A model generated the notes under the pieces. That model was not told the DNA's origin. It was given only the letters and a program-made list of their open reading frames with translations, and searched no databases. DNA of 64,000 nucleotides from Nymphaea colorata. Taxonomy: Eukaryota. A program made the position numbers and the translations under genes. The stretch spans positions 8,494,001 through 8,558,000 of the forward strand of contig NC_045138.2 in NCBI RefSeq assembly GCF_008831285.2. Direction: 5' to 3'. Each line of letters begins with the position of its first letter. Within the stretch, counting starts at the first letter, position 1. Shown here one piece after another: positions 1-13,141 of this stretch.

Positions 1-520
1 GCCCCCAGCTTGATTTTCATCCGGCCTTGCTTGTTAATTTGATCCACAAGGTGTGAGGGGGGTGAGAGAGAGAAAGAGAGAGATAGAGAGAGAGAGAGAC
101 TTATCATACAATCCGCTGCTAAAATAGAAATAAATACACGACACCACTAACTGAAGTAGACAAAAGGTATGAAAATAAACATAAAATGCACACACAAAAT
201 TCACTACCAAAATCCATAGGAAAGTCACGTTGACAAAAGCATTGCGCATAATAATAATTCGTTCACTTCTCCTCGCCACACAGATTTACAACACCTGGAC
301 AACAGACGACACTAACTTTTATTGGCATCATAAACAACGCCTCAACTGAATGCTCGATGAAGCAGATACCCAATTTGAGAAACCCCTATATACACCATGT
401 TACAAACAAAAGGAGGGGAGAGGTAGATGGCCTGTTTTCTTCACTGCAAAGTTCTATAGCTTGAATAGCAATTACTGACGGCCATGGTTCAGGCATCTTG
501 CCTAACCTGCGTTCTGTGAT

Positions 521-3500
521 TCAGGCCACCTGTTCTGCAGGCTTCAGAGAATCACTACCAAGCTGCTTTTGAGCGTTCGCCTTTGTGCTCTTGTTAACTG
601 CAGCCTTGTTAAGTGGATCACTCGCTGTTCTAGCTCCTGAACCTGTATAATGAAGAGAAACACAACCGAGTGGCTCGTCAGCTACGAGAAAATTCATCAG
701 AAAAAACATTTTTTTTTTTCTTATCAAGATGTCCCTTTTACTAAACGTTAACAACCTGACAAGTAGTGAATGCCCAGAAGCATGGACTACACATAAGAAA
801 AGTATGCCATTCCCTAGGTCTGACGAGATAAGAGAAACTAGTGTACATTGTTAACTACCACAAAGATAATGGAAGAATTTCAGCAAGGTGGAAAATGGCT
901 ATCAGTAGCTACTGACCATTACTGGGAAGAGACAACCGCTTTTTGGCACTTCCAAGAGATGCCTGCCTTGGACGTTCTCTGGGGTTGCTCAAGGAACGGA
1001 AGTCTGGTACACGGGAAGAATCTGCTTCTTCAATCGGTCTTTCAGGGGATAGACTAGACTTCAGCTTGGCTTTCAGCACGTTGGTTACAAGAGGAGCGAC
1101 AGCTGACTTGTCAGAAGTAAATCCATCAGACTTCGAAGGATGTGCTTTCTGGCCATAATTAGTCTGGGAGGTAGGTTTCTTGCCAGAAATCTTGAGGGGC
1201 ACCTTAGTGTTGTTCGAGGTCTCAATGGCTCCATTTTCTTGAACCAATACACCATCCTTAAGATTTATGTTCAGGAACCGGTTTTCCCAGGGACGAACAG
1301 CCATCCAGCGTTCTAGCCAGTTCCATCCCCAGTTATTCTTATCAGGCTTAAAACCAGCAGGGACTGCAGCTGGCCTGGTTCCTGCTTGCCACTAAGTTCA
1401 AAAAAATTGCTCAGCATCAAGACATGCAAATAAAGGTTTTACCAAGTAGAACATGTCAACTACCAAGTCAGAATCAGGCAAAACAATTCTCGTGGGAAGA
1501 ACAAAAGTCACATGTGAAAAGTACACATAGGGAAACAAACAAAAGTGAATGGCACAAAGACAAAAGCTAAAACAAGGAAAGACATAGAAACAAAATTCAC
1601 CAAGCATACATTAGAGAAGTCTTCGGCTTTAACAATAGCAACCTCAAGACTGGCACTTGAGCCAATAACCTTCAAAAGGGTCTCTGTCTCATGATGAATT
1701 AGGAAGTTTTAGTTACCTAAGTGGCTAACCTTGAAAATCGCAGCCCAGTAGGAGGTTAAGCTAAAAACTGGTTGCTGAAACAACATTCATGAAGTGCTAG
1801 AGTTGATGAAGAACATTCTAAATTTGGTCCAGGGTTTAATAAAAAATACCCATTAACTAAAAAATACTGTGACAGAACATCCTGAAAAAACTGACAATGG
1901 AAGTAAGGAATGCATGGGCAGATATGTCTATACAATCTTGCAGCAATGTCACCCAGGTGTGGGGTGTGCAGGTGCTGGTGTGGTGTGAGTGCGGCATTTT
2001 TCAAACAAAAAAATATGGGTGCAAGTGCGTTGAGGATAGATATATTTACATATTTATATATATGCATTAAATTTTATAGATAAATTTGTCTACAAACAAT
2101 AAAATTTTCACGAATAATAAAAATAACAATTGGCAAACTATGGTTTTATCAATGATTCATGGAAAATAAAGCATTTGTTTGTTACCGCACCCAGCTGCAT
2201 CCGACATGACTCAGGTGTTGCAACCTTTTTGAAGAGTCCATGTTACTTAGTTTTGCAGAGCATCTAAAGTAAATTGGCATGGAAACAAACTTCTCTGCTC
2301 CCTTTCACAGTTAATTTGTCACGTGACAACTTTCATCAATTTCTCCTATGCCCCGTTTTTTCTTTTTATATTTCTAAAAGATTATAATAAAGAAACCACA
2401 TTGAGCTAAAGCAGCCCTGAAAGGGTTGATGAGAAGGATAAGTAATATTAGCATCTATCTCAGTATGAACATCCCAATTAATTATATATCAGCAAAATAA
2501 ACAATAACCAAGCCTTACAATGAATTGTCAATCACATATGAACTTAACTGCACTTGCTGAAAGCAAGTGTACATACAGAACAGCTTACTTGGTGTGTCAG
2601 AGCATATGCTCTGGCTCTCTCTCTTTTAGCTGCAGCTTCCTGTCTTTTTAGTAACTTGGCGTGAATTTGTTCAACCGAACCAATGCTGTCACACCAACCT
2701 TCCTGCATTGAGGTTTAAGAATGTAATGCAAAATATTTTCCCTGAAAAGATATCACAACCATTGCAGCCACCAATACCATTTTGGTTTAAACTTGAAACT
2801 TTTGGACTAAATGAATGTTGCTGGCTATATCACATGGACATGCCCGGAATGGTGCCAGACCTGTGTGAATCAGCTGAACAAGAATGTGCATGCAGGATAT
2901 GGCAAAATCATATTTGTACTTTCTTGGTCTATTGGTATTTTTTTTGTTTAGGAATTTACATATTATGAATATAAATAATGAATGTATGTGTTTCTTTAAA
3001 TCTTATCATTGCTATATATATTAAACGAACACTCATGGCCTTGTCTTTGCACCCACGTTTTTTTTAAAATGTTACACACTGCTCTCCACATCTACACCCA
3101 AGTAGCATGAACTGCCAGCTGGCCCAGCCAATCTTCATACCAGGTACGTAGCAAAGAAATGTTCAATTAGAATAGGATAGACCTGTTGCAGCTTCTTAAA
3201 AGGTTACAACAGGATCAGTAAAGCAACATATAGTGAAAGAATCCCTAGGTTTGTTCCAGAAGGTCTAGGTTTTGAAATTCCTGATAAAGTCAGGTCACTA
3301 ACTGTCTTAAGCTTGCAAGAGCTTTCATGTTTTTATGACACTGAACAAGTCCCAGATAAGCAGGACGTTAACAGGTCCAACCGAACTATGTTTTGATTCA
3401 GGCTGCAACAAAATAGGAGAAATCCTGCCTCTCACAAGTACCACAGGAGATATTACCTCAATTTCTCGTACTCTAGATTCTTGTGCAACCTGCTCCTGTT

Positions 3501-4760
3501 GTTTTTGTTGTGCCAATTGATTCTCCAATGCCATGCGAACATGCCTTGCCCTTACACGAGCTTGCACCCTAACTAAAGCTTGCATAGCTCGAAGAGTTAT
3601 TGCAGCTTGCTTTCTCACAGCATGGCCTCTTACAAGAGCCTGAAGCCTCACAAGTCCTTTCAATGCTCGAAGCGCACGCCTTGCCTGTAAAGAACCCAAG
3701 GATTGTACATGTCCAACATATAAATGTGACAATTCAACAGCTAAGAAAATGAAGTAACAAGTGAACATGGATCAGAAACTACAGAAGAAAAGAGCCGATG
3801 AAGCAACTGTGAGACAATATTCAAATTAGTGTTCTACACGAGAGGCAATAACACAAAAAGGCAAAAAAAGAAAAATTTAAAACCTCTCCCGCTTCAGGAC
3901 AAATATAAGGAGAGATGATATCACAACATAATCTCTCTCTGTGTCTCCTTTTAACTTTACCCAGCACATTTTGTCTCAAATATGTGAAATCCCAAAATCC
4001 CTTTGTTGATGTTAAAACAGATCAACATTTTGGATAGAACCACGGCAATTACAGAGCAAAAGACTTTATGCCTATGAAACAGGTTCTAACATGCAAGCAC
4101 ACTGTGCTCGTCTTGTCAAAGCTAGTCCCGTCCTTGATTTCTAATAGGCATCAAATTACAAGATACAAAAAATACCAGACAAAATGCGGTCTGGAAAACC
4201 CTATTTGCACAATTCAATTCACTTCCCACCCTCAACAAGGAGAATCAAATTTTACCAGAAATGCTCGAAAAGCTGTCTGAATGCATATGGCAGCCTGATG
4301 CTCTCTCAAATTCTGTTTGAATTCACCAGCAGCATTTACATCATGTGACCCAGCAGAGGAACTTGTGGTACTCAAGCTACACTGAGCATGATGTTCAGAT
4401 AGATGTGGAATGACTTTATCAGGATCTTCCTCATCCTCCTTGACCTTCTGAGTATCAGCTAAATGCTTCTTACGGTGCCCAAAAATTAACTGGCAAGAAT
4501 TCTGGCATTTAAAAATTGATAATCAGCAATAAAGGCATATCAAGAGAAATGAGAACTCCATGTTGAGGCAAATAACAAACTATCATAACATAGTATGACA
4601 AACAGATTAAAGCCCGAGGTGCCCAACCATCTTTTACTAAAAGATTGAAGTATTAAACCTCAGGAAGGCTTGACCCACTCACATTCTTGTCTGCATTTTG
4701 AGACTTTTTTGACTTCTTCAAGCCAACCAATACTTTGAACCACTTGCTTGGAACATCCAT
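521..4760 (-). CDS. IQD: IQ67-domain calmodulin-binding protein (IQD5-like), 6 coding exons: 4760-4683, 4489(or 4501)-4256, 3684-3457, 2702-2589, 1391-917, 642-521
   Basis: All introns are GT-AG with consistent phases. Translation: [16 protein letters not shown]...[65 protein letters not shown]...|[42 protein letters not shown]...[20 protein letters not shown]...AEQVA*. The phase-0 intron inside the IQ67 domain (FL|AR) is typical of the family. Confidence 0.95.
1928..2250. mobile_element. Degenerate MITE-like repeat in an IQD intron
   Basis: GC-rich GGTGTGGG/CGCACCC arms around an AT-rich core, ending GAAGAGTCCATGTTACTTAG. A related start (CTATATCACATGGAC) occurs near 2825. No TSD resolved. 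Confidence 0.3.
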
Positions 4761-7700
4761 AATGCTCAACACTTTGACTGATGATTTTGGACCTGCATTT
4801 ACAATTAAGAAATCAATATGCAATCAGGCACATAGAGCAGCGAACAGGAATCTCAACTTCACCTAAGTGCAAGAAAAATTAGAAATTAGGATGAGATTTA
4901 AATGAAGCAAATTATGACGAGGTACAATTAACTTTAAGAAGATTAAAAATGGTGAATGAACTACTCATAGAGATGTCTGAGTACTATCTATATAGATCTC
5001 CCAAAGAATATAGGAAGCGCATGCACAAAATACTGACTGCCAGCTGCTCATGATACTTAACAAGGTCAAGCTTTTCTACAAGATTCATTAAACAAGTATC
5101 ATAAAGACAGAAACATTTAAGGCATCATGATCTCATTTTGAAACTATGTACGAAGGGTCCAACAAAAACGAATTAATTTAGAAAAACAGTTTTTTGAACA
5201 AAACTTGCTCTATTTACACATTCCACCTTTTCCTCCTTTTGTCCTTGTAAGAGAACCAGCTTTTCTTTTCTCTGCATCCCCCTATCTACCACCAAAAAGA
5301 AGAAAACCCAGCTTGGGGGCCAATTTTTAGTCACAACCCCAAAAAGATAGCATTTCTGATGACACAACCTCAATTTTGCTGACATCTTTCAATAAGAGCT
5401 CACTTTTATAATTGCCCCATAACTCAGGTTGAAAGACCAAGTAAATTGAATGACATGACAGAGAATCCCTGTCTCTTGTTTATTAAAGTAGAACAATACT
5501 TTCAACTTGAAAGGCACTGTTAAAAATAGAAGTTTATCTATGTCTCAAAATAAACAAGGGTTAACCTTTCACTTTTTTGACAGTTGTCCAGTAAAATGAT
5601 GTCTATTTCAGGAAATCCAGAAAATGCAAGCCATCTTTTGTCGTTATCACGAAAATCTGGTACTCTAATGGAAACTACAAAAGGCATGAGATGTCTTTCT
5701 TCCCTAGCACACAGACAATCAATGACTATGCACCCACAATAATGTCTCGAGAGTCAAGTCTATTCCATCGAAGTTTTTCTTACAAAAAAAAAAAAAATAG
5801 AAAGCATAAAGAGAAATCTGTGAGAAATTTCAAATTGGTCTCTAGTACATAATCAGTTATGCTAAAAATCCATGCACGAACAGCAAAATCTCTCTCTCTC
5901 TCTCTCCCCCCTTCTCTCTGTGTGTGTGCTTCAGAATATAAGGAGAGGAAGACACCATTAGGCATTTCACCAGCCTACAGCTGTTATGCCTATTCTCTCC
6001 CCACTTTCCCCATCACCTGTTTCTTCCTCTTTGCTCCTTTCTTTGGTTCATTATCTGTCCCATTATTTACCAAATAGATATGAGAACTCTGTGCATTGAC
6101 AATGAATCAATTGATCACCTTGATTAATAGTTCACAAACTTCCATATATAAAACTACTTTTTTTCAAAAATGAGTGACAACTAATACATTGACTTCAAAA
6201 AAGGAGTTGAACACATGGTACCTTATTAATTGTCAAAATTTAAGAGAGAGAGAGAGAGAAGTGAAACTCTGGTGGTTCAACTACCAAATCACATGTGCTC
6301 AATCCAATTCCTAGCAACAAGGATGAGAAACTGGTTCCTTTTATGTTTGACTTAGCCTGTTTTTACCAAAAAAGGAGGGAGGGCTTGTTCATATTTTAAA
6401 ACTTCATGAATCTATTCTCTCAAATATCAAATAGTGCATTTAAAAATTTACATATGTTTGTTGCACATTAACATTCCTATAAAACTGGATGCTTTTCAAG
6501 CTTCACAGTCCTATGTCAACTAGGCATTCTTAAAATATTGCATGTTTTTACATGATGAATACCATTCTGCTTTATATCTCTATCTTGGAAATATAATAAA
6601 CATCAGTTCACTAATGATTGCTAACTTCATACTGCCTTACCATTGTCAAAAAATGTGCAACTAATTGTTCATGTTTATCAAAAAACCATCACTCACAGAT
6701 TCATAATGGTGCAAATATAGCAGGGAATTTGACAGTGGAAATCATATAAAAATTAATCCTGACAATGGTTGAGAAAGAGTATGCTAGACCTGTCTAAGTG
6801 AATGAACTCAACACCGCAGAATGATGCTATTGATGGTGAAGATGAACCACTTTGTATTATTTAGGCGGACAAATACATGAAGTATCAAAAAGGTTTCTCC
6901 GACAGCCTCCTGATTACCAAACTCGCTATTTCTTTCTATATTCAATGAAAGAACTGATCCTACTATGATATCCCTCTTCCTTCATAGCTTCTCCACTTGT
7001 TCATAAAAGAAGACCAGCAAAATCAGCAAAATGCTACTTTTGTTGTCATAATATTAGAACCTGCATGTAAAGATTACCTCAATGTCAAAAATGTATTATG
7101 TAGCTAATAATAGAAGTATGAGCGAAAATAGGCAAGGCAATGTAATTACAGCCCTCAGGAAATAATAAAAAGAGAAACAAGTGAACTGATGCAGATCGTG
7201 GGCACAAATTAGGAGAAAAAGGAAGGCAAACTTTTAGAAGAGGGAAAGGATGGAGGGGTGGGGTTCACCAACACGAGACAAGAGTAAACATGAGAACGGT
7301 TAATGTTAACCGCTTGGCTGGAAGAACTTAACAAAAAAGAAAACTATGTTCACCCACTAAAAGTAACCCCATGTCTTGGACAGTTACTATCATGCCTTCG
7401 CTGATACCAGATGGATAGTAGAAAAGTGCTTGTGTCTCTGTATCAAGTGAGACAGTTTTCCGGAAAGATAATGAGCGTGGAAGAAAAGAAGGGCATGTGG
7501 AGCATCCACTTGGAAAGAATGGAGGAATATGAGGCATACAGTTATGTAACGTACTGTTGATTTGAAACTCAAACGGAAATATGAGATAAATTACAATTGG
7601 TCTTAGAATTAGCTACATGTATAAAACGGTTACTCTCTCTTTTCTAGGAGCAGTCGGTCAAAAACCGTGCATCCTAGAAACTGTTCGCCACCCCTCGATG

Positions 7701-8527
7701 TAAGGAAACTCGGAAACTTTTAAAGTTCAACGCCGGAAATTTGAGCCAGAGACCAAGACCAGGACCAATCACGAAGCTTACGAGATTTTAAATGCTGAAC
7801 ATATTTTGACAGTGTTACAAGCATCCTAAAAAGGATTTTCCAAAACATTTGACAGAAGGCATTTCAGACGCATTAGGTTTATTGACACAAGCTCATTCAC
7901 TCATGGATTCACATCAACACCACCCATTTTGCAAAAACCCCCAAAAAAAACCAAAAAAGGAAAGGGCTTAGATTCCTAGCAACTGAACCCCGATTTGGAA
8001 AGCATTTCATGAAATTCAAGCCGATCAGAGAATCGCATTGGGGAGGGGTATTAAAAACGCATCCACATCACAAAGAAGCTCATCAACATTTCGCTCCCAC
8101 ATTTTCACCCAAACCATTAAATTTATCAAATCATACCCAAATTTTTCTCCCAGAAACAAAAAAAGAAAAAGAAGTTACTGCAACCATCATCTCCAACCTC
8201 CCCCACCGGCAACGCAAGCTCCAACTACAACATTCGATCCGCTTACATTCTCTTATAGGAAAACCTCCACGAGTCCAGAAAAACCTGGTCCTTACAATGT
8301 CGACCTCTACCAAAGAAAAAACAAGAAAATAAAACGCCCTAGATCGACAAACAATCTGTAATTCCCAGTTTCATGGTTTCAACACGATAAAACTCGAGAT
8401 CTCCGACTCTTGTCGGAGAATGTACTGGTCAAAGGACCGGTCAAGCGCCAAAAATCGTCGTTTCAAGAGGACCCGAGCTCGATTTCCACAAAAGGAAAAG
8501 GGGATGGCCAGAGAAATGTTCTCTTAC

Positions 8528-8700
8528 CGGAGGGCATCTGCTTCGATCAATGCCGGCGGCAAATCCATGTGTCAACCCTCTCCCGCCTGAACAGAGGGCA
8601 ACGGAAGAAGCGGAGAATCCAGCACCATCACCGGCCTCCGGGGTTGAAGCCAAGAAGATATGGGCGTGGTCGGACCGGACCAGACAGTTTTGCCTTGCCT
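8528..8700 (-). other. Probable first (5'UTR) exon of the IQD gene, followed by a ~3.7 kb leader intron (8527-4793)
   Basis: GC-rich stretch with a strong donor CCG|GTAAGA at 8528/8527 and an acceptor TGCAG|GT at 4793/4792, 32 nt upstream of the ATG. The 5' boundary is a guess. Confidence 0.55.
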
Positions 8701-9740
8701 TCTGTCTGTCAAAGTCTCCACGGCAAATCAGGGACATGCCGCCGTACAGATCGGGTCCGGATTTGATTCGAATGAATCTAGGGCACCAGCGCGTAGGCCG
8801 GCAGCAGTGTCGGCTTGAATCGGCGGCAAGACCGATCCGATTCCTCGTCCGATTCAGTAGCTCCACAAGTTAAACATTTTATATTTTCCATATTTTAACA
8901 ATCTTATATTTAATAAATTTCCATATTTTGTTTTATGTTATTCGATGAATGGCCGATTCGATTCATAGATTGAGCTCGCATTTGTCACGGGTCGAGTTGT
9001 TTCGAGTCGTTTGGTGAACTTAAGAGGATGGTTCAGGCTTGAGATTGGAGTTGTGAGTATGATATGTTACACATTTATAACTAAGAAACTGATAAATACT
9101 AAACTAAAAGTTGAGACTCTAGGTTGCATTAACTATTTTATTTCCAAATTTTAACAATTAAGATAAAAGAAATGTGTGAATTGGATGCCTATATAACCCC
9201 AGAACAAAAAAAGGAAAATTTTCCCTTATTTGAAGATAATTTTGTCTGTTTTGTGATTTAGCTCTGAGCTGGTGATGTGCTTGGTTGACTGGAATGTCTC
9301 AAAAAGAAAGTGAGACATTTTATAATAGCGCTGGAGTAAATACAAATGTATTTTAATATAATTTAATCTGTAAGCTTAATTAATTATAAAATATATATAT
9401 TCTATTTATATAAATAATATTTAAAATAAGTTATCAGATCAAAGTGGTTTAACTTGGACGAATTTGATTAAAACCTAATATTAGGGTTCTGGGCCCGGAC
9501 CAAGTCAGGCCAAATACCGATCTATGCCTACTTGTATTTTATAAGGAGAAAAAAAAAAGTAAAAAGCAAAGATCGCTTTTATATAAAGACAAAAATAACC
9601 TTTGAAAGGATGATGTGGTGGTGTTTAGGGTCTTTTTGACTTCAAAAGGTAAGGGGCACTTTGTTTATCACAGACGTAAGATAAGAGGTGATTTGAGACA
9701 AACGAAGGTTTTATATTTGAAGATTTGAGGTCAAACCTCT

Positions 9741-9787
<47 letters not shown>

Positions 9788-10353
9788 GTGTGTGTGTTTG
9801 TTATGTAAACCAACTGCAATTAGACCAAAAAAGAAGTGTGAATGAAAAAATTATGACTACCAACCACAAAAGCAACCTTAATTTGTAGCCTTTTTCTTTT
9901 TCTATGTTCTTTCTCGATTTGATAAGTGGTTGAGACTAGACGGATAAAAAGAAGCATTCACATTTGTGAACTCACTTCCATTGAAATTTAATGAGGGAAG
10001 AGGAGAAAAATGTACTCTCCAGCAATGTAATCGTTGTTAGGTGAAAAAAACTGACCAATTTAACTGCAGATCAAGCACCGTCTTCTTCGTCATAAAATTC
10101 GTCATAAAAAGGTGCACATCACATTACTGCTATTGATGGAGAGAGGAGCCAGAAGATTCTGTCTGCTTACCTGTAGCGTCTCATAGGTAAGTTGGTAGTA
10201 AATATTTAGTCTGTACCACATTCATATATATATAAAGAAAGTGGATTACATCATTTACTTTTGTATGTTCACTAATCACTATGTTATCCAGGCAAGACCG
10301 TAAAACTTTAAAAATGGTTTAAAAGGACCCATAAAGGTGAAGAGTTACAGAAA

Positions 10354-10388
<35 letters not shown>

Positions 10389-10577
10389 TTGCAAAAACCA
10401 AACCCCTTAAAAATAAGTTATTGATGTACTTGCTTTGTGGCAATGAGAATGAAAAAGAGGCATGTACTTCTTTCAAGGACTTTGAGGACATTTCATTGAA
10501 TTAGATATCAGCATAACGAAACAAACAAATTGGTCAGGTCAATAATAGATTTTTATTTTTTAGCATCGGGCGTTCAG

Positions 10578-10608
<31 letters not shown>

Positions 10609-12250
10609 TCTTTTTTTTCTTTCTCTCTCTTTTTCTTTCTATATATATATATATATACATATATATATAAAAAGAGAGAGAGAGAGAGAGAGAGAACCCT
10701 GAGCCCACCACGATCAGACAGCCCTAGTGGACTTCCCTGCCTTGATATTTGTTGAAGATCCCTTTCAAGGAGGTGCCTCCTTCTCTCATCAATGCTGTCC
10801 GGTTGGGTGACTCTGGACAGCGAGACTCATTACATATATATTTTAAAAACAATTTTAATGTAATTAAAAAAAGAGTTAGGAAAAGATTGTGTTATTCTTT
10901 GGTAATAAGTTCCTAGAAAAGGTTTTGTTCTTTTGAACGAGGAATGATGGAGGGAGAGACTTGGCAGTTGATGGATTTGGCCTATTTTTTCTCCTTTTTC
11001 AGGTTGAGTAAATTTAATAAATTTCATATATGGTTTTCTTAATGTAAGGAATCAATATTTGGACGTGCTTGTCTTAATATGCATTGTGTGTGGAACATGT
11101 GGACTTTCTATATCTGTTTTTCTCTTTACGGCTTCATGGGTTATGCACCTGGCGATTGACGCAATTTTGTTTAGTTTTTTACACCTCAGTTTTTATTGGA
11201 TCCATCCTGAATCTGAATGGCTTACATCCATGGGGTGATAAAAAATATGTTTAAATGTTTGATATTAACAGGGACATATAAATATTTGATATTAATATGA
11301 TGCATTTGATACTAACAAGTAGCCTTTGATGTTAATGACGTTTCTTTGAAAGTACCCCTAACTAGTTAAAATAATCATGAAGGTAAAAGCAATTCAGCAA
11401 CAAAGATATGAAATTTTAGTGTATTGTTATGAAAGCACACGTGAATCAATTAATTCATGGTTTTAGCATTTATTATTTTAAATGCATTTTTAAAGCTTGA
11501 AAAAGTAAGTGTTTTTTGTTGTACATTTAATGGCTGAAAATAAATTCATGAACTTTTTTGGCAGGAGGAATATATTATCATATTATTTAGAAGAAAGCCA
11601 AAGTTTCAATCCAACTTGTTGTCCCAATAAGGGACATAACCTGCTTTTGATGTTTCGGAGTACTGGCCCCATCATGTTTCAACTTATGTGCCAGTGGCAC
11701 CCCTTTTTCAGCACAAGTGAGTTAAAGTACTCTGAATTTGAAATGGAAACTGGCCACAAAACTAGCTACTTATTAACCCATGCACTGACCGTTTATGAAC
11801 TTTTTTATTAATCACAGTGTGATTTTATTGGTAACAAAACAATATCAGCCTGAGCTTAAGCCTACTTAATTGTGTTTGATAACGGAAATGAGGTCCAATT
11901 GATAGTCAAATGCAGGTTTGAAATGCAGATTAGGGTTTAAATTTGGAAGTAAAAGGAATTCTATTACGAATAGAGCAATTAAACAAAAAATGGTTCTTGA
12001 AAACCGTGAGTAAATTCTAAGTTATAGCAAGTTAAATTCAAGTTTAAATTTAAAATTAACGTTAAATAAATCTAGCAGATTATGCTGAGTTGGACTTGGT
12101 AAACCCTAGCTTCGATTGGATTCAGATCAATTAAGTGTACACGAAATTAATTATCTGAATTTGATTAGGTAGTCGATAAAAGGAAAAATCCAAACATCTG
12201 TCCAATTTATTTCTAATTAACCCTTAAATATTTATCATGGAATTACATAC

Positions 12251-12420
12251 AGGGCAGCACATGAGCTGAGTCTGAGCCAGGCCGGGGCAGCTCGAACTCA
12301 GTTGGACTCTTGACAGGCCCAGCTTCAGCATGAGTTTAGCTTAAGTCGAAGTTTTATAGCTCGAGCTCGACTCAATCAAGATTAAGTTGGCTCGAGTAAG
12401 CTTGAGCCAAGCCGATTATG
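12251..12420. mobile_element. Fragment of a hAT-type MITE
   Basis: Starts near CAGGGC and carries clustered GAGCTCGA/CTCGAG/GAGCC subterminal motifs. The other end was not found. Confidence 0.35.
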
Positions 12421-12891
12421 AAAAGGTTAGGTGTGTTTTACACGATAACAGCCGTTGGCCCAAAACCCTTCTCGTTAATCCAGTCTGATAATGGCAATAT
12501 GATCCAATAACTGGTCATACATTTGTTTCATATGCAGATTCATGTTCGGATTTGGAGTGTAATCAAATCCAGATTTGATCATAGTGACCAAGAGCGTGCC
12601 TTCTCAAAAAGACTCAAATCAGGACAAGAAGATATGTTCCAGATAAATGTTGGAAGATCAAATCAGGGTTCATGTCCAGCTAATTAGGGAAGATCATACT
12701 AAGTTGGTTTTGGTAAAGCATAGTTTAAGTCGAGCTTAACTTGGACAAGTTGGATTTGGATCCACTAAGTATGTACAAAATTAGATTGGTAGACCCAAGA
12801 AGGAGAGACATGTCCTTTGGATCCAGGACATGATCAAAGTCTAGATCAACTCATGCTGACCCAAAAATTACATGTTTATTGTGACACCCAG

Positions 12892-13141
12892 AGGGTGTTT
12901 GATTAACTTTGATCTAAAATCCTTGTGATTTGAGAATCGTGATTTTAAGATCAAACCCTCCCCACTTTGATCTTAAATATAACTGTAACCACTTTTTCAG
13001 TACAAAAAGACACACTAAGGATATTGATCTGAGATCCATTGTTTGATGAAACATGGATTTACCGTGGATGTGTTGCCATATCAGCAGAAGTATGCTACAT
13101 CAGATCCATGGATTTTTATATACAAAGTAATCAAACGGCTC
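12892..13141. mobile_element. Tourist/PIF-Harbinger-like MITE
   Basis: Imperfect TIRs GGGTGTTTGATTAACTTTG ... CAAAGTAATCAAACGGCTC; ~250 bp and non-coding. Confidence 0.45.

Noticed and set aside
8009..8873. Overlapping 100-140 aa ORFs on both strands
   Set aside because: Promoter/5'UTR region of the IQD gene with no domain similarity recognised.
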